Source: a virus (Duplodnaviria; Caudoviricetes). From it: DNA of 64,000 nt. Location of the stretch: the IMG/VR virus record IMGVR_UViG_3300034061_004620, one strand, 5' to 3'. The position numbers and the translations under genes were made by a program. The notes beneath the pieces are model-generated. The model searched no databases, was not told where the DNA came from, and saw only the letters and a list, made by a program, of their open reading frames with translations. Below are positions 31,201 to 40,187 of this stretch, one piece after another (position 1 is the stretch's first letter; the number at the start of each line of letters is the position of its first letter).

Positions 31201-32187
31201 GTTGCTTTCGCTGCCTGCTGCCGCGGGAAATGCATTTGGCGGTAATTCATCGGCATTAGCTGCTCTATTTTCGTTATTTCGAATTCTATCTGCTTCCGCT
31301 GTGCTTACAGTAGCAGCAGGTACAATCAATGGGTTGGGATCAGTAGTGGTAGTTGGTTGGTTGTTACCGGCACCCACTTGCGGGGTGAGATTTTCATTTT
31401 TTAACTTGTCTTCGGCTGTTTGTCCGTCGGCTTGATTTTTCGCAGCTTGATTGTCAGTTTGTGCACCGTCGTTGGGTACTTGAGTGCTGCTGGTATTCGG
31501 CCGTATTGTTATTTCTTCGTATTGATTTTGTGGCGGCGGGCCAAGGGCATCACGGTTGGTGGTGACATTGAAATTTTTGCCTTCGGCTTCGGCTGCACGT
31601 AATGCTTTGTTTTTTTCTCTAAAATTTGCGTTCTCTAAGCCAAGAGATCTTAGATATTCGTTTTTGGCGTCTTGAGTTGCTTTGTCGTCGGCTTTGTAGG
31701 CTTGACTGTTCTTGTCGGTCCAGGCCGACATCTCGGCAGTCATTCGTGTTTCACGTGAGCCGCCGCCGGTAACAGTGGTTGTAACTTCGCCTCTTGTGGC
31801 AGCAGGGCCGGTAGTTTCAGCTTTGTCTTCTTCGTCGCTCCAACCTTTTTTAGCTGCGGCCTTTTCGTCTTCTCTCTTTTTTCGTAATCGCTCTAAGTTT
31901 TTCTCGCGGTCAACTCTGATTTCTTCGTCACGGCGTGCTCGTCGTTCTTCTGCTTCTTGTGTTCGTCTTTGATCTTCTGCTAATCTTGCTTCTTCTTCCT
32001 CTTTGGTTCTGACTTCAATGGTATCGAATGCTTTTGTAACTCGACCTTTGTCATCCAATTGATACAAGCCATACTCTTCTTCGGTAATACCAGCACGATT
32101 AAAGGCGTCGTCTTCGCTGTACCCACCATATATGTACCTGTTTACATCATCAAGTTTTTTTTGACTAAATCTTAGCTCTTTTGGCAA
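28231..32187 (-). CDS. Large baseplate hub/tail protein (gp27-like core) with charged and low-complexity extensions
   Basis: 1318 aa, TTG start; core NALHDYTSSTYRITL...FFIENL...F.IVEPYG.TLLDRL and L.IIGDPAFIKQDD...FSGVYKVLKVKSDF..GKFEQTLDL; lies between gp53-like and gp5-like genes. Confidence 0.6.
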   Translation of the reverse strand: MPKELRFSQKKLDDVNRYIYGGYSEDDAFNRAGITEEEYGLYQLDDKGRVTKAFDTIEVRTKEEEEARLAEDQRRTQEAEERRARRDEEIRVDREKNLERLRKKREDEKAAAKKGWSDEEDKAETTGPAATRGEVTTTVTGGGSRETRMTAEMSAWTDKNSQAYKADDKATQDAKNEYLRSLGLENANFREKNKALRAAEAEGKNFNVTTNRDALGPPPQNQYEEITIRPNTSSTQVPNDGAQTDNQAAKNQADGQTAEDKLKNENLTPQVGAGNNQPTTTTDPNPLIVPAATVSTAEADRIRNNENRAANADELPPNAFPAAAGSESNSVEAGKNLEKRKQDSIIGTTSSSKPVDTGKSDSDKQKELSLKLAKAKKNALHDYTSSTYRITLYLLSAMDYTEMIERPKSFEPKFALISSGGGFAEEQPLKDVAKAKRTGRHPDFMEDFFIENLSMTTVVGLNSKTKASNAIEITFNIVEPYGMTLLDRLQSACMMPPVNCPNYIDQPYLLEVDFLSNVTESRNNSIRIDRKRVAIKIIEMKIKPGTGGTEYRCRAVPYNHTAFSDSIASLPVALSVQAGTVGEFFDSNNEIAKIFSSEVAQNEERVESELSKWAAEQTEKNSGTKPTAAELTEERNRLRATYTYTTKSYPAGFNTFMRGVSGSGKTFKLPPALIAFNIADPRIQKSKIVDEKFAEARTMPMTEPGQAFKTTATAKLPEGKTKQGFNINPGINIVQLIDRIMQSSAYITDQVKDAKEAIARNREIIANRSDLLNDPNQNTADKEQRLRELREAEAELNKYKFLDWYKIVPQIYMNGFDDSANAYSKTAVYSIVPYRTANAYHPDFAKTRINKSKIVRAYNYLYTGLNQDIVSIEIDFDSLYFTAITAYQDSKTATAASYSNPLENEDNVQRDVDPKNSNPKRNLDLPTTYKPVGVNAKGAGQMNRTAKPDSSAVADIADSIYTRPGGDMLNVQLRIIGDPAFIKQDDIYYNPMSPDYQNTIISKSSGENNSETVPINPDTGQIIFDQEQVFVQLLVKSAVDIDDTTGITNKQIKLSNGKMTDSTFSGVYKVLKVKSDFNRGKFEQTLDLVKMPNDLFYDDTPRLSPKVELQATVAATETTTPTPAAASQQNQLVDSTGVNSTQLADLKNAAAQPATNPIATQAGAGTVATSPQPTAAAPSNANDAPAIAPQEKAPPDPRLALDEFQAEYNDLVRDRAAQIPVFNAEITRIRNDNTLSVEEKAEKVIALRQEFQATLKAQADQIVQLATKTFKTNTEVGSDTGLDKLKLLTQLSRLQKETTEFFQAQTARIETVKKTGIA

Positions 32188-32188
32188 A

Positions 32189-32494
32189 TTATACTCCTAA
32201 GTCTTGTTGGAGTGTGGCCTTTTTGGGAATGTATATTTGTACTCCGGCGCGGAAGTCAAACAAGGGATCTTTGAGCACATTGGGATTACGCACAGCAAAT
32301 ACCCACCATAGCGCACTGTCACCGTACAAGTCCGATGCCAGTATATCTGGTCTGAATTCATATACTTTGTCTATCTCATACAGTACGTCATCTTCTTTTT
32401 TGGTTATAGGTCGATTGACCATGACGTCTAAGAAGTTACCAAATGTCCTGGTTTGGGCATACGGACTGCTACTTGAATACGCTACCTTGGCCAT
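32189..32494 (-). CDS. Baseplate wedge protein, gp53/LysM-like
   Basis: Y.IDKVYEFRPDILASDLYGDSALWWVFAVRNPN.LKDP.FDF..G..IYIPK. Confidence 0.8.
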   Translation of the reverse strand: MAKVAYSSSSPYAQTRTFGNFLDVMVNRPITKKEDDVLYEIDKVYEFRPDILASDLYGDSALWWVFAVRNPNVLKDPLFDFRAGVQIYIPKKATLQQDLGV

Positions 32495-33393
32495 TAGAGC
32501 ATTCCTTTGGTAATCATGTCGCCTCTTGCAAATGCAGCAAAATCAAATTCTCTTTGCTTGGTACGACTAAACACCGGCTGCAATGTAATAGAAATTGTGC
32601 TTACCAAAGGAAGTCGTGTTTTTGCAGGTAATTCTGCTGTTTCTGTTGTTATTGTGCCTGCACCAGTTTTGGTGGTAGGCAGTTTTGTTGCGGCGTCAAT
32701 TGTGGTTTTTGTGGTGGTCTTGCTTTGATAAGTCATTTCAAGATAATCAACGTCGTTTGGCATGGTGTGTGAAAATTGAGTAAGTAGGCAAGGTACATGG
32801 GGTAAATAATGAGCACCAAATCCATCTAAATACAAGATGGGTGGCGGAGATCCTTGATAAATTCCAGAATTTCCGTAAAACATTTTTGTAGCAGCTCTAA
32901 AGAAATAAAGTACACCCAAAAGATACTGTGCATCAAATTCGTTTTGTACAGAAAATTCACCGTTTATTTGAATTGCCTGCACTTCGCTGGCTTCATAAAA
33001 ATAATTTGTGTAGTTTGAGTGTGTAAGTGGCTGTGATCCATATCTTGCTTGGTACGCCACAGTAACTTGAGGAACGTAAGGAAAAATGACTCCATCTGTA
33101 TCTTTAAGCAAAGACATCACGCCAGGGTTCGGATCTCTATATAATATTTTTGCAGTGGGTGCCACGCTAATTCTAACACGCCATTCTTCGCCAGATCTAT
33201 CAAAACCAACGGTGGGTGCTTGGGTCGCAGACATTCCAGCTGTTCGTGCTGTCCCGTCAGCTTGTAATCCGGCTTTCATTAGTCTTGAATCTTTTGGATC
33301 TCCTGAACCCGAAACTGCTGTTGATACTTGTTGGTTGCTGGGTATCGTAGGAGTTGCAAATATTCCCACTTTTGAATCTTCTACTACAGGCAT
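32494..33393 (-). CDS. Baseplate tail-tube initiator, gp48/gp54-like
   Basis: GVIFPYVPQVTV.Y.A.Y....LTHSNY..YFY..S.V..I.I.GEFSVQN...A.YLL..L.FFR.ATKMFYG...G.PPP..YLDGFG. Confidence 0.65.
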   Translation of the reverse strand: MPVVEDSKVGIFATPTIPSNQQVSTAVSGSGDPKDSRLMKAGLQADGTARTAGMSATQAPTVGFDRSGEEWRVRISVAPTAKILYRDPNPGVMSLLKDTDGVIFPYVPQVTVAYQARYGSQPLTHSNYTNYFYEASEVQAIQINGEFSVQNEFDAQYLLGVLYFFRAATKMFYGNSGIYQGSPPPILYLDGFGAHYLPHVPCLLTQFSHTMPNDVDYLEMTYQSKTTTKTTIDAATKLPTTKTGAGTITTETAELPAKTRLPLVSTISITLQPVFSRTKQREFDFAAFARGDMITKGML

Positions 33394-33405
33394 ATAATTT
33401 TCCTC

Positions 33406-33434
33406 TTGCTTTTTTATTATTTATTTGCTAAATT
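33406..33434 (+). promoter_or_regulatory. Sigma70-type promoter for the gp55-like gene (TTGCTT-17-TAAATT), with an opposite-strand late box TAAATA (33423-33418) inside its spacer
   Basis: TTGCTT 33406-33411, 17-nt spacer, TAAATT 33429-33434; TATTTA at 33418-33423. Confidence 0.55.
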
Positions 33435-33457
33435 AACAGCGTATTTTAAGGAATTTA

Positions 33458-34330
33458 ATGAAACACAACTATCTAAATAACCGTGATATTCTTAAAGAAA
33501 TTCACAAAAGTAAACTTACCTACTGTAGTTTTTCGTTGCCCGAAGATGGTGATTACGATATCATACTACCAAGTATAGACAAAATAAACAAAAAAAACAT
33601 CACAGAAGGACGCAAACTACGAGCAGAACGACTGGCCAGAGCAGCATATGATGCGGCGCAGGCCGTTTCAACTGAAAAATTAAAACTTGAAAATTTTGCT
33701 ATAAAACCCAGCAAGATCGCCGACACAGATGTGGTATTTAGAATAATGACCTGGAGTCATGTTCCGCAAGACACATCTAAAAAGAAAAAAGTCATTGATG
33801 ATGAGGAAAATGTGCTTACTGAGTATGACGATCAGTCGGCAGATTCTGCTCCTGCCAAATATGTCAAATGTAATTTTCCTCCTTTTCAACATTATAAAAT
33901 TAACAGCGACGGTAGTACATATTGTGTAGGTAAAAGTCACTGGACAGGTGATTTAGAAAAAGGGCAGTTCTGTAAAGAGCACGGAACAATGACTAAAAAA
34001 TTAGCTCATATGTTTATGAAACTGTGCGAACGTTATGCTACACGTAGCAACTGGCGCGGCTACACTTACAACGATGAAATGCGTAGTCAAGCATTGCTTC
34101 AACTCTCTCAGATAGGACTACAATTTGATGAAAGCAAATCACAAAATCCTTTTGCTTATTATACTGCTGCTATCACTAATTCCTTTACTCGAGTCCTTAA
34201 CATCGAAAAGCGGAATCAAAATCTTAGAGATGATATTTTGGAAATGAACGGCCTTACTCCAAGTTATACCAGACAAGGTATGGGATCTTGGGGAGGTAAT
34301 CCACAATCTGGCGATTATAGCGACGATTAA
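33458..34330 (+). CDS. gp55: Late-transcription sigma factor, T4 gp55-like
   Basis: N-terminal HNYLNNRDILKEI; C-terminal LCERYATRSNWRGYTYNDEM.SQA...FDESKSQNPFAYYT..ITNSF.RVLNIEK; upstream of gp47 as in T4. Confidence 0.85.
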   Translation: MKHNYLNNRDILKEIHKSKLTYCSFSLPEDGDYDIILPSIDKINKKNITEGRKLRAERLARAAYDAAQAVSTEKLKLENFAIKPSKIADTDVVFRIMTWSHVPQDTSKKKKVIDDEENVLTEYDDQSADSAPAKYVKCNFPPFQHYKINSDGSTYCVGKSHWTGDLEKGQFCKEHGTMTKKLAHMFMKLCERYATRSNWRGYTYNDEMRSQALLQLSQIGLQFDESKSQNPFAYYTAAITNSFTRVLNIEKRNQNLRDDILEMNGLTPSYTRQGMGSWGGNPQSGDYSDD

Positions 34331-34332
34331 GT

Positions 34333-34363
34333 TTGACTTTACTGTTTAGAAAATAGTAAAATA
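34333..34363 (+). promoter_or_regulatory. Possible sigma70-type promoter for gp47
   Basis: TTGACT 34333-34338 and TAAAAT 34358-34363; the 19-nt spacer is suboptimal; no Shine-Dalgarno before ATG 34369. Confidence 0.35.
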
Positions 34364-34368
34364 ATACG

Positions 34369-35388
34369 ATGAGTAATCTATTTAAACGAGCAGCAGTCTG
34401 CACAGATATACACTTTGGACTAAAAAGCAACAGTCAGACACACAATGAAGATTGCTTAAACTTCATAAAATGGTTTACAGCCAAAGCCAAAGAGGAAGGT
34501 TGTGAAACAGCTTTCTTTCTTGGTGACTGGCATAACAATCGTGCCAGTATCAATATTGTTACTCTTAACTATAGCCTTAGAGCTTTGGAGCATTTAAATG
34601 ACAATTTTGGCGCTGTTTATTTTATCCCTGGCAATCACGATCTTTATTATCGTGACCGACGTGATGTCCAAAGTGTTGAATGGGCACGGCACTTGCCTAA
34701 CATTCATATATGTAACGATTGGTATCATAGCGGCGACGTGGTTATTGCTCCTTGGCTCGTTGGTGATGATTATAAGCGGATTCCTAAGCTGAGTGCCAAG
34801 TACATGTTTGGACATTTTGAATTACCAACATTCTACATGAATGCAATGGTGCAGATGCCCGATCATGGCGATGTCAAGCGAGAAGACTTTACTGGCATTG
34901 AACATGTATTCACCGGACACTTCCATAAAAGACAGACACAAAAGAATATTACATACATCGGTAACTGTTTCCCGCACAACTATGCAGACAATCACGACGA
35001 TGAACGTGGCATGATGGTGCTGGAGTGGGGCAACGATCCAGTGTACCATTCCTGGCCCGATCAACCCAGATATCGTGTGTATCAACTAAGCGATGTGCTT
35101 ACTAATACAGATAGACTATTGCACAAGGGCATGCATGTGCGTGTGAATCTTGATGTAGACATTAGTTACGAAGAAGCAACCTTTATTAAAGAAACATTTG
35201 TTAGTACCTACGACCTTAGAGAAATTACACTTATTCCTCAAAAAGTAACAAACGAAGATATTAACTACGATATTACAGGAAACATAATGTTTGAAAGTGT
35301 AGACACTATTGTTACCAATCAGCTTACAAATATACAAAGCGAACAGTACAATGCCAAATTGCTAATGGATATATATAAAAATTTATAA
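34369..35388 (+). CDS. gp47: Recombination endonuclease subunit, T4 gp47 (Mre11/SbcD-like)
   Basis: Metallophosphoesterase motifs TDIHFG, FLGDWHNNR, IPGNHDLYY, FGHFE, TGHFH. Confidence 0.9.
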   Translation: MSNLFKRAAVCTDIHFGLKSNSQTHNEDCLNFIKWFTAKAKEEGCETAFFLGDWHNNRASINIVTLNYSLRALEHLNDNFGAVYFIPGNHDLYYRDRRDVQSVEWARHLPNIHICNDWYHSGDVVIAPWLVGDDYKRIPKLSAKYMFGHFELPTFYMNAMVQMPDHGDVKREDFTGIEHVFTGHFHKRQTQKNITYIGNCFPHNYADNHDDERGMMVLEWGNDPVYHSWPDQPRYRVYQLSDVLTNTDRLLHKGMHVRVNLDVDISYEEATFIKETFVSTYDLREITLIPQKVTNEDINYDITGNIMFESVDTIVTNQLTNIQSEQYNAKLLMDIYKNL

Positions 35389-36926
35389 TGATTAATTTAT
35401 CAAAACATTCAGAATATGGTGATCATTGGTTATATGATAGTTTGGAAGGTTTTAAACAAGAAGAAATATCAGCTAATTTTAAATTAAAGGTATTTTACAC
35501 TTCAGATAATTTTAACAACAACGACTCAATTGGCTTAACGCTTTGGAAATTTTATGAATATATATCAATTATTGACTTTCCGTGTTTTTTTATTCATTTA
35601 TATACCAACAAGTCAGATATAAGTAATGATCTAAAATTTTTAAAGAATACGTTCACTCCTAACGATGTAGACATTAACTTACATAGTATTAGCGGGTCTT
35701 TTAATAAAATATTTAAGAATAAAGATTCATTTTGTATTTTACCATGGATAAGTTTACATATTAACGCTCAGGGACTCGTAGGACCTTGCTGTCAATTTAA
35801 CGAACATTATCCTTTAGGAAATGTAAAAAATGATAATTTACTTGACATCGTTAACAGTGCCAAATTAAAAGAAGTTAGAAAACAAATGTTATCTCAGCAG
35901 AGGCCTAACATTTGTAGTAATTGTTGGGTACAGGAAGACAACAATGCTGTTTCTTTGCGTCAAACAAGTAATCAGGTGTTTAGTAAATACCTTCCTTTTA
36001 AAGAAAATACTAATACAGATGGTTCTATAGATAGTTTTAAATTAAAGTACATTGATTTTCGAGCATCTAATATATGTAACATGAAATGTAGAATGTGCGG
36101 AGGCAATTATAGTTCAAAAATAGCACAAGAAGATCTTATACTATATCCAAACATTACAATTAATAAAAATTTTATAGAAAATAAACTAAACAAACAATCA
36201 ATAAAAAATGTTCTTATCTTCATTGAAAACAACATTGACGAATTAGATACTATATATTTTGCTGGCGGCGAACCATTGATAATGTATGAACATTATAAAA
36301 TTTTAGATTTATTACTTGAACATAATAAACATGATTTAGACATTAGTTACAATTCAAATTTATCAACATTAAAATTTAAAAACTACAATTTATTAGATTA
36401 TTGGCAAAAGTTTACAAATATTACCCTACACGCAAGTATTGATTTGATAGGCGATCGGGCTTCTTATGTACGCTCGGGAGTAAATTATGATACCATTGAA
36501 AACAATTACAACTTAATTAAACACTTAGTTGATTTTAAAATTGATAGCACTTTAACAATTTATAATGCATTTAATTTAATGGACTTACAACAGTATTGGA
36601 TAACAACATACAATATTTCTCCCACGAAATTTAACATAAGATTATCGATGCTGCCCCCGTATGTAATGTCATGCCAAGTATTACCTGATCATTTTAAACA
36701 ACAAGTCACAGAAAAAATAAAAAATCATATAAATTGGTTAGAACAAATAGTTGATAGTAATTCTCTTATACAAAGATGGCACGATGTGTTACAATTTTTA
36801 AATGCTAAAGATCAAAGTCATTTACTTAAAGAATTTTTTAAATTAAATGACACAAAGGATGCGTATAGAAATGAAAAATTTACTGACATTTTTCCAGAAT
36901 ATAAAGACTTAAAAAAATATGTTTAA
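35388..36926 (+). CDS. Radical SAM protein with an N-terminal SPASM/twitch-like Cys domain
   Basis: FCILPWISLHIN..G.VGPCC...C..CW; DFRASNICNMKCRMC (CxxxCxxC); YFAGGEPL; AT-rich. Confidence 0.85.
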   Translation: MINLSKHSEYGDHWLYDSLEGFKQEEISANFKLKVFYTSDNFNNNDSIGLTLWKFYEYISIIDFPCFFIHLYTNKSDISNDLKFLKNTFTPNDVDINLHSISGSFNKIFKNKDSFCILPWISLHINAQGLVGPCCQFNEHYPLGNVKNDNLLDIVNSAKLKEVRKQMLSQQRPNICSNCWVQEDNNAVSLRQTSNQVFSKYLPFKENTNTDGSIDSFKLKYIDFRASNICNMKCRMCGGNYSSKIAQEDLILYPNITINKNFIENKLNKQSIKNVLIFIENNIDELDTIYFAGGEPLIMYEHYKILDLLLEHNKHDLDISYNSNLSTLKFKNYNLLDYWQKFTNITLHASIDLIGDRASYVRSGVNYDTIENNYNLIKHLVDFKIDSTLTIYNAFNLMDLQQYWITTYNISPTKFNIRLSMLPPYVMSCQVLPDHFKQQVTEKIKNHINWLEQIVDSNSLIQRWHDVLQFLNAKDQSHLLKEFFKLNDTKDAYRNEKFTDIFPEYKDLKKYV

Positions 36927-38688
36927 GATTAAAACACTCGCAGTTAAAAATTTTATGAGCGTGGGCAATGCTACCCAGGCTGTTCAGTTTGATCGCAAGG
37001 ATCTTACTCTTGTATTGGGGCAAAATTTAGATCTTGGCGGAGATGACACGGGAGCAAGAAATGGAACTGGCAAAACAACCATTATCAATGCACTCAGCTA
37101 TGCGCTATATGGTTCAGCTTTAACCAACATTAAAAAAGATAATCTTATCAACAAAACAAATGGTAAGAACATGTTGGTTACCATTGAATTTGAAAAAGAT
37201 GGTATTGATTACAAGATTGAACGCGGTCGTAAATCAAACACAATGGCTTTTTATGTAGGCGGACAAGAGCAGCAGATTACAGACGAAAGTCAAGGGGATA
37301 GTAGAGAAACACAAGCAGAGATTGAACGCATGCTGGGTATGAGCCACGACATGTTCAAACATATTGTGGCACTTAATACCTATACCGAGCCTTTCCTTGC
37401 ACTGAAAGCAAACGATCAAAGAGCTATCATTGAGCAGCTACTTGGTATCACTATGCTTAGTGAAAAAGCAGATTCTCTTAAGGAACAATTAAAAGCAACC
37501 AAAGATACCATAACACAAGAAGAATATCGTATTAAAGCAGTTACAGATGCTAACGCTCGAATACAAGAACAAATTGAAGCTACACGCCGTAGACAAACCA
37601 TGTGGCGTACAAAAAACACCAATGACTTGTTAGAACTTGAAAGAGCGTTGAGTGTCATTGGCGATTTGGATATTGATCAAGAACTACGTAATCATGATTT
37701 ACTCAATGAACACAATGAAAAAACAAATAAAATAAGAGAGATATCTCGTTGGCGAATAGCTTGTGAAACTGACCAAGTAAAACTATTAGTACAATTAGAC
37801 AAATTAAAAGCAGAAATAGAAAAACTTAAAAAACACGAGTGCTATGCTTGCGGGCAAGCAATACATGATACCAAGCATGAACAGGTCTTAGAAGAAAAAC
37901 GAAATACACTTAAAGAAACTTCTTTGCAGTATCTTGCTAATGACGAACAACTACACGCACACATTGAAGCTATTAATCTATTAGGCGAACCGGGATTGAT
38001 ACCAAAAGTTTTTTACGACAATAAAGAAGATGCTATTAATCATAAAAATACTGTAGCAAATTTAAAACAACAACTAACAACAAAACAGAACGAGGTAGAT
38101 CCGTATGCAGAACAGATTCAAGAAATGGAAACGCAGGCTGTTGAAGAAATTAATTATGACTTAATCAATGAGCTGTCTAATGTTCGCGAGCACCAAGAAT
38201 TTTTATTAAAGTTATTAACCAACAAAGACAGTTTTATTCGCAAACGTATCATTGATCAAAATTTAAGTTATCTTAATGCAAGACTCAGCCAATATCTTGA
38301 TCGCATTGGGTTGCCGCATACTGTCAAGTTCCAAAATGATCTTACAGTGAGTATCGAAGAGTTGGGCCGTGAACTTGATTTTGATAATTTGAGTCGAGGA
38401 GAACGTAATAGGCTTATTTTAAGTTTATCATGGGCTTTTAGAGACGTTTGGGAAAGTTTATATCAACCAATCAATCTCTTGTTTATAGACGAAGTAATTG
38501 ATACTGGTATGGACAGTTCAGGTGTAGAAAACAGTTTGGCTATTCTAAAGAAAATGGCCAGAGAAGGTAATCGTAGCGTGTGGTTAGTCAGTCACAAAGA
38601 CGAACTGGCCGGTCGCGTGAACAACGTGCTAAGTGTTGTTAAAGAAAATGGATTTACCAGTTATAATACAGATGTTGATATAAAATAA
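36919..38688 (+). CDS. gp46: Recombination ATPase subunit, T4 gp46 (Rad50/SbcC-like)
   Basis: Walker A GARNGTGKTT; zinc hook CYACG; signature LSRGE; Walker B LFIDE; VSH motif. Confidence 0.9.
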   Translation: MFKIKTLAVKNFMSVGNATQAVQFDRKDLTLVLGQNLDLGGDDTGARNGTGKTTIINALSYALYGSALTNIKKDNLINKTNGKNMLVTIEFEKDGIDYKIERGRKSNTMAFYVGGQEQQITDESQGDSRETQAEIERMLGMSHDMFKHIVALNTYTEPFLALKANDQRAIIEQLLGITMLSEKADSLKEQLKATKDTITQEEYRIKAVTDANARIQEQIEATRRRQTMWRTKNTNDLLELERALSVIGDLDIDQELRNHDLLNEHNEKTNKIREISRWRIACETDQVKLLVQLDKLKAEIEKLKKHECYACGQAIHDTKHEQVLEEKRNTLKETSLQYLANDEQLHAHIEAINLLGEPGLIPKVFYDNKEDAINHKNTVANLKQQLTTKQNEVDPYAEQIQEMETQAVEEINYDLINELSNVREHQEFLLKLLTNKDSFIRKRIIDQNLSYLNARLSQYLDRIGLPHTVKFQNDLTVSIEELGRELDFDNLSRGERNRLILSLSWAFRDVWESLYQPINLLFIDEVIDTGMDSSGVENSLAILKKMAREGNRSVWLVSHKDELAGRVNNVLSVVKENGFTSYNTDVDIK

Positions 38689-40187
38689 TGTATGCAGTAA
38701 TATTAACCGTTCCAAGAGTGGCAGCATTACGACCGGCAGCGGCTCCGGCAATTATCAAAAGCTTATTCACAAATTTAAATTTAGAAAGTAAAATACTTGA
38801 TATAAATTTAGATTACTTTACAGATTTTAAAAACAGTATTGATACCAATTTGTTTGCACAAGTAGATGAATTCTTATTTGTAAAAAATAAAAATTTAAAT
38901 AGCGAAGGTCAAGCAGTTCTTGACAGTTTTATTGTTAAATGGATAGACACAGTCATTTCTTATAAACCACAAAAATTATTCATTAGTGTGTTCAGCTGGC
39001 AAGCGCAAAAGTTTACAGAAGAATTTTTAAGAAATTTTAGACAAACTTGTGATATTGAAGTTATAATTGGGGGGCAAGGTTTAATTAGAGAAGAAAACGG
39101 AAGTTACAGTACCAGGCCAGAATTTGCTCATTACCTTAAAAAACAAGGCTTAATAGATCATTGGATACGTGGCGAAGCAGAAACTACCATACCCGAGATT
39201 GTCAAAGGCAACTACAACGTTGCAGGAGTTGACACAGATTTTTTGGCAGAACGCAGTGTAGTACAAGATCATACTTATATGGATTTTTCAGATTTTGATA
39301 TTTTAAAATATCAAAGTGGATATGAAACTGGTGTGTTACCCATGGAAACCAGCAGAGGTTGTGTTCGCCATTGTGTGTTTTGTGACATACCCACAATGGC
39401 CGGAGGTTTTAGATTCAAACGCGGAGACCGCTTGGCTGCAGAAATGATTCATTACTATGAAACTTATGGTGTGCGTAACTATTTTTTCCATGACGCTTTA
39501 TGCAACGGCAGTGTGAGAGATTTTAGACAATTTAATCAGGTACTTGTAGATTACTATGCAAAAAATAACTTGCCCGATCGTTATTTGACTTATAGCAGCC
39601 ATGCAATTGTACACAATAGACAAGCAATGAAACCTATAGATTTTGAGTTAATGGGTCGTGCAGGTGCCGAAACTCTTGTGATTGGCGTAGAGACAGGTAG
39701 TGATCGTGTACGCCAACATATGAAAAAAGGTTATGTTGGTGTTGATCTTGATTACAACATGCAACAGTATAGTGCAAACAAAATGCAGGTATACTTGTTG
39801 ATCATTGTGGGTTTTCCTACTGAAACTGATCAAGATTTCCAAGAAACCTTAGACATGTTAACCAAGTATCAACGATATGTGGCAGACGGGACCATAATTG
39901 GTGTAAATCTTGGTACCACATTGACTATTGAACAAGGTACAGAGATGTACAACAAACCTGATACTCTTAAAATTATTGGCATTGACAACAAACATCCGCA
40001 AGGTACTGAATGGATATGTCAAGACAATCCAGAATTAACCTACAAAAAACGTATCATGCGTAGGATACAGGCACAAGAACATGCTGTCAATTTGGGTTAC
40101 ACTTTCTGGAAAGGTGACGATCAAATGAAAATCTTAATGGACAAATATCAAGAACGTTTATCTAAATTGGCCGGAGTAATTCATTGA
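38688..40187 (+). CDS. Cobalamin-binding (class B-type) radical SAM enzyme
   Basis: N-terminal B12-binding-like domain (SVFSWQ, IIGGQG, IRGEAE); METSRGCVRHCVFCD; IGVETGS...MKKG; IIVGFPTET..DFQET. Confidence 0.8.
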   Translation: MYAVILTVPRVAALRPAAAPAIIKSLFTNLNLESKILDINLDYFTDFKNSIDTNLFAQVDEFLFVKNKNLNSEGQAVLDSFIVKWIDTVISYKPQKLFISVFSWQAQKFTEEFLRNFRQTCDIEVIIGGQGLIREENGSYSTRPEFAHYLKKQGLIDHWIRGEAETTIPEIVKGNYNVAGVDTDFLAERSVVQDHTYMDFSDFDILKYQSGYETGVLPMETSRGCVRHCVFCDIPTMAGGFRFKRGDRLAAEMIHYYETYGVRNYFFHDALCNGSVRDFRQFNQVLVDYYAKNNLPDRYLTYSSHAIVHNRQAMKPIDFELMGRAGAETLVIGVETGSDRVRQHMKKGYVGVDLDYNMQQYSANKMQVYLLIIVGFPTETDQDFQETLDMLTKYQRYVADGTIIGVNLGTTLTIEQGTEMYNKPDTLKIIGIDNKHPQGTEWICQDNPELTYKKRIMRRIQAQEHAVNLGYTFWKGDDQMKILMDKYQERLSKLAGVIH

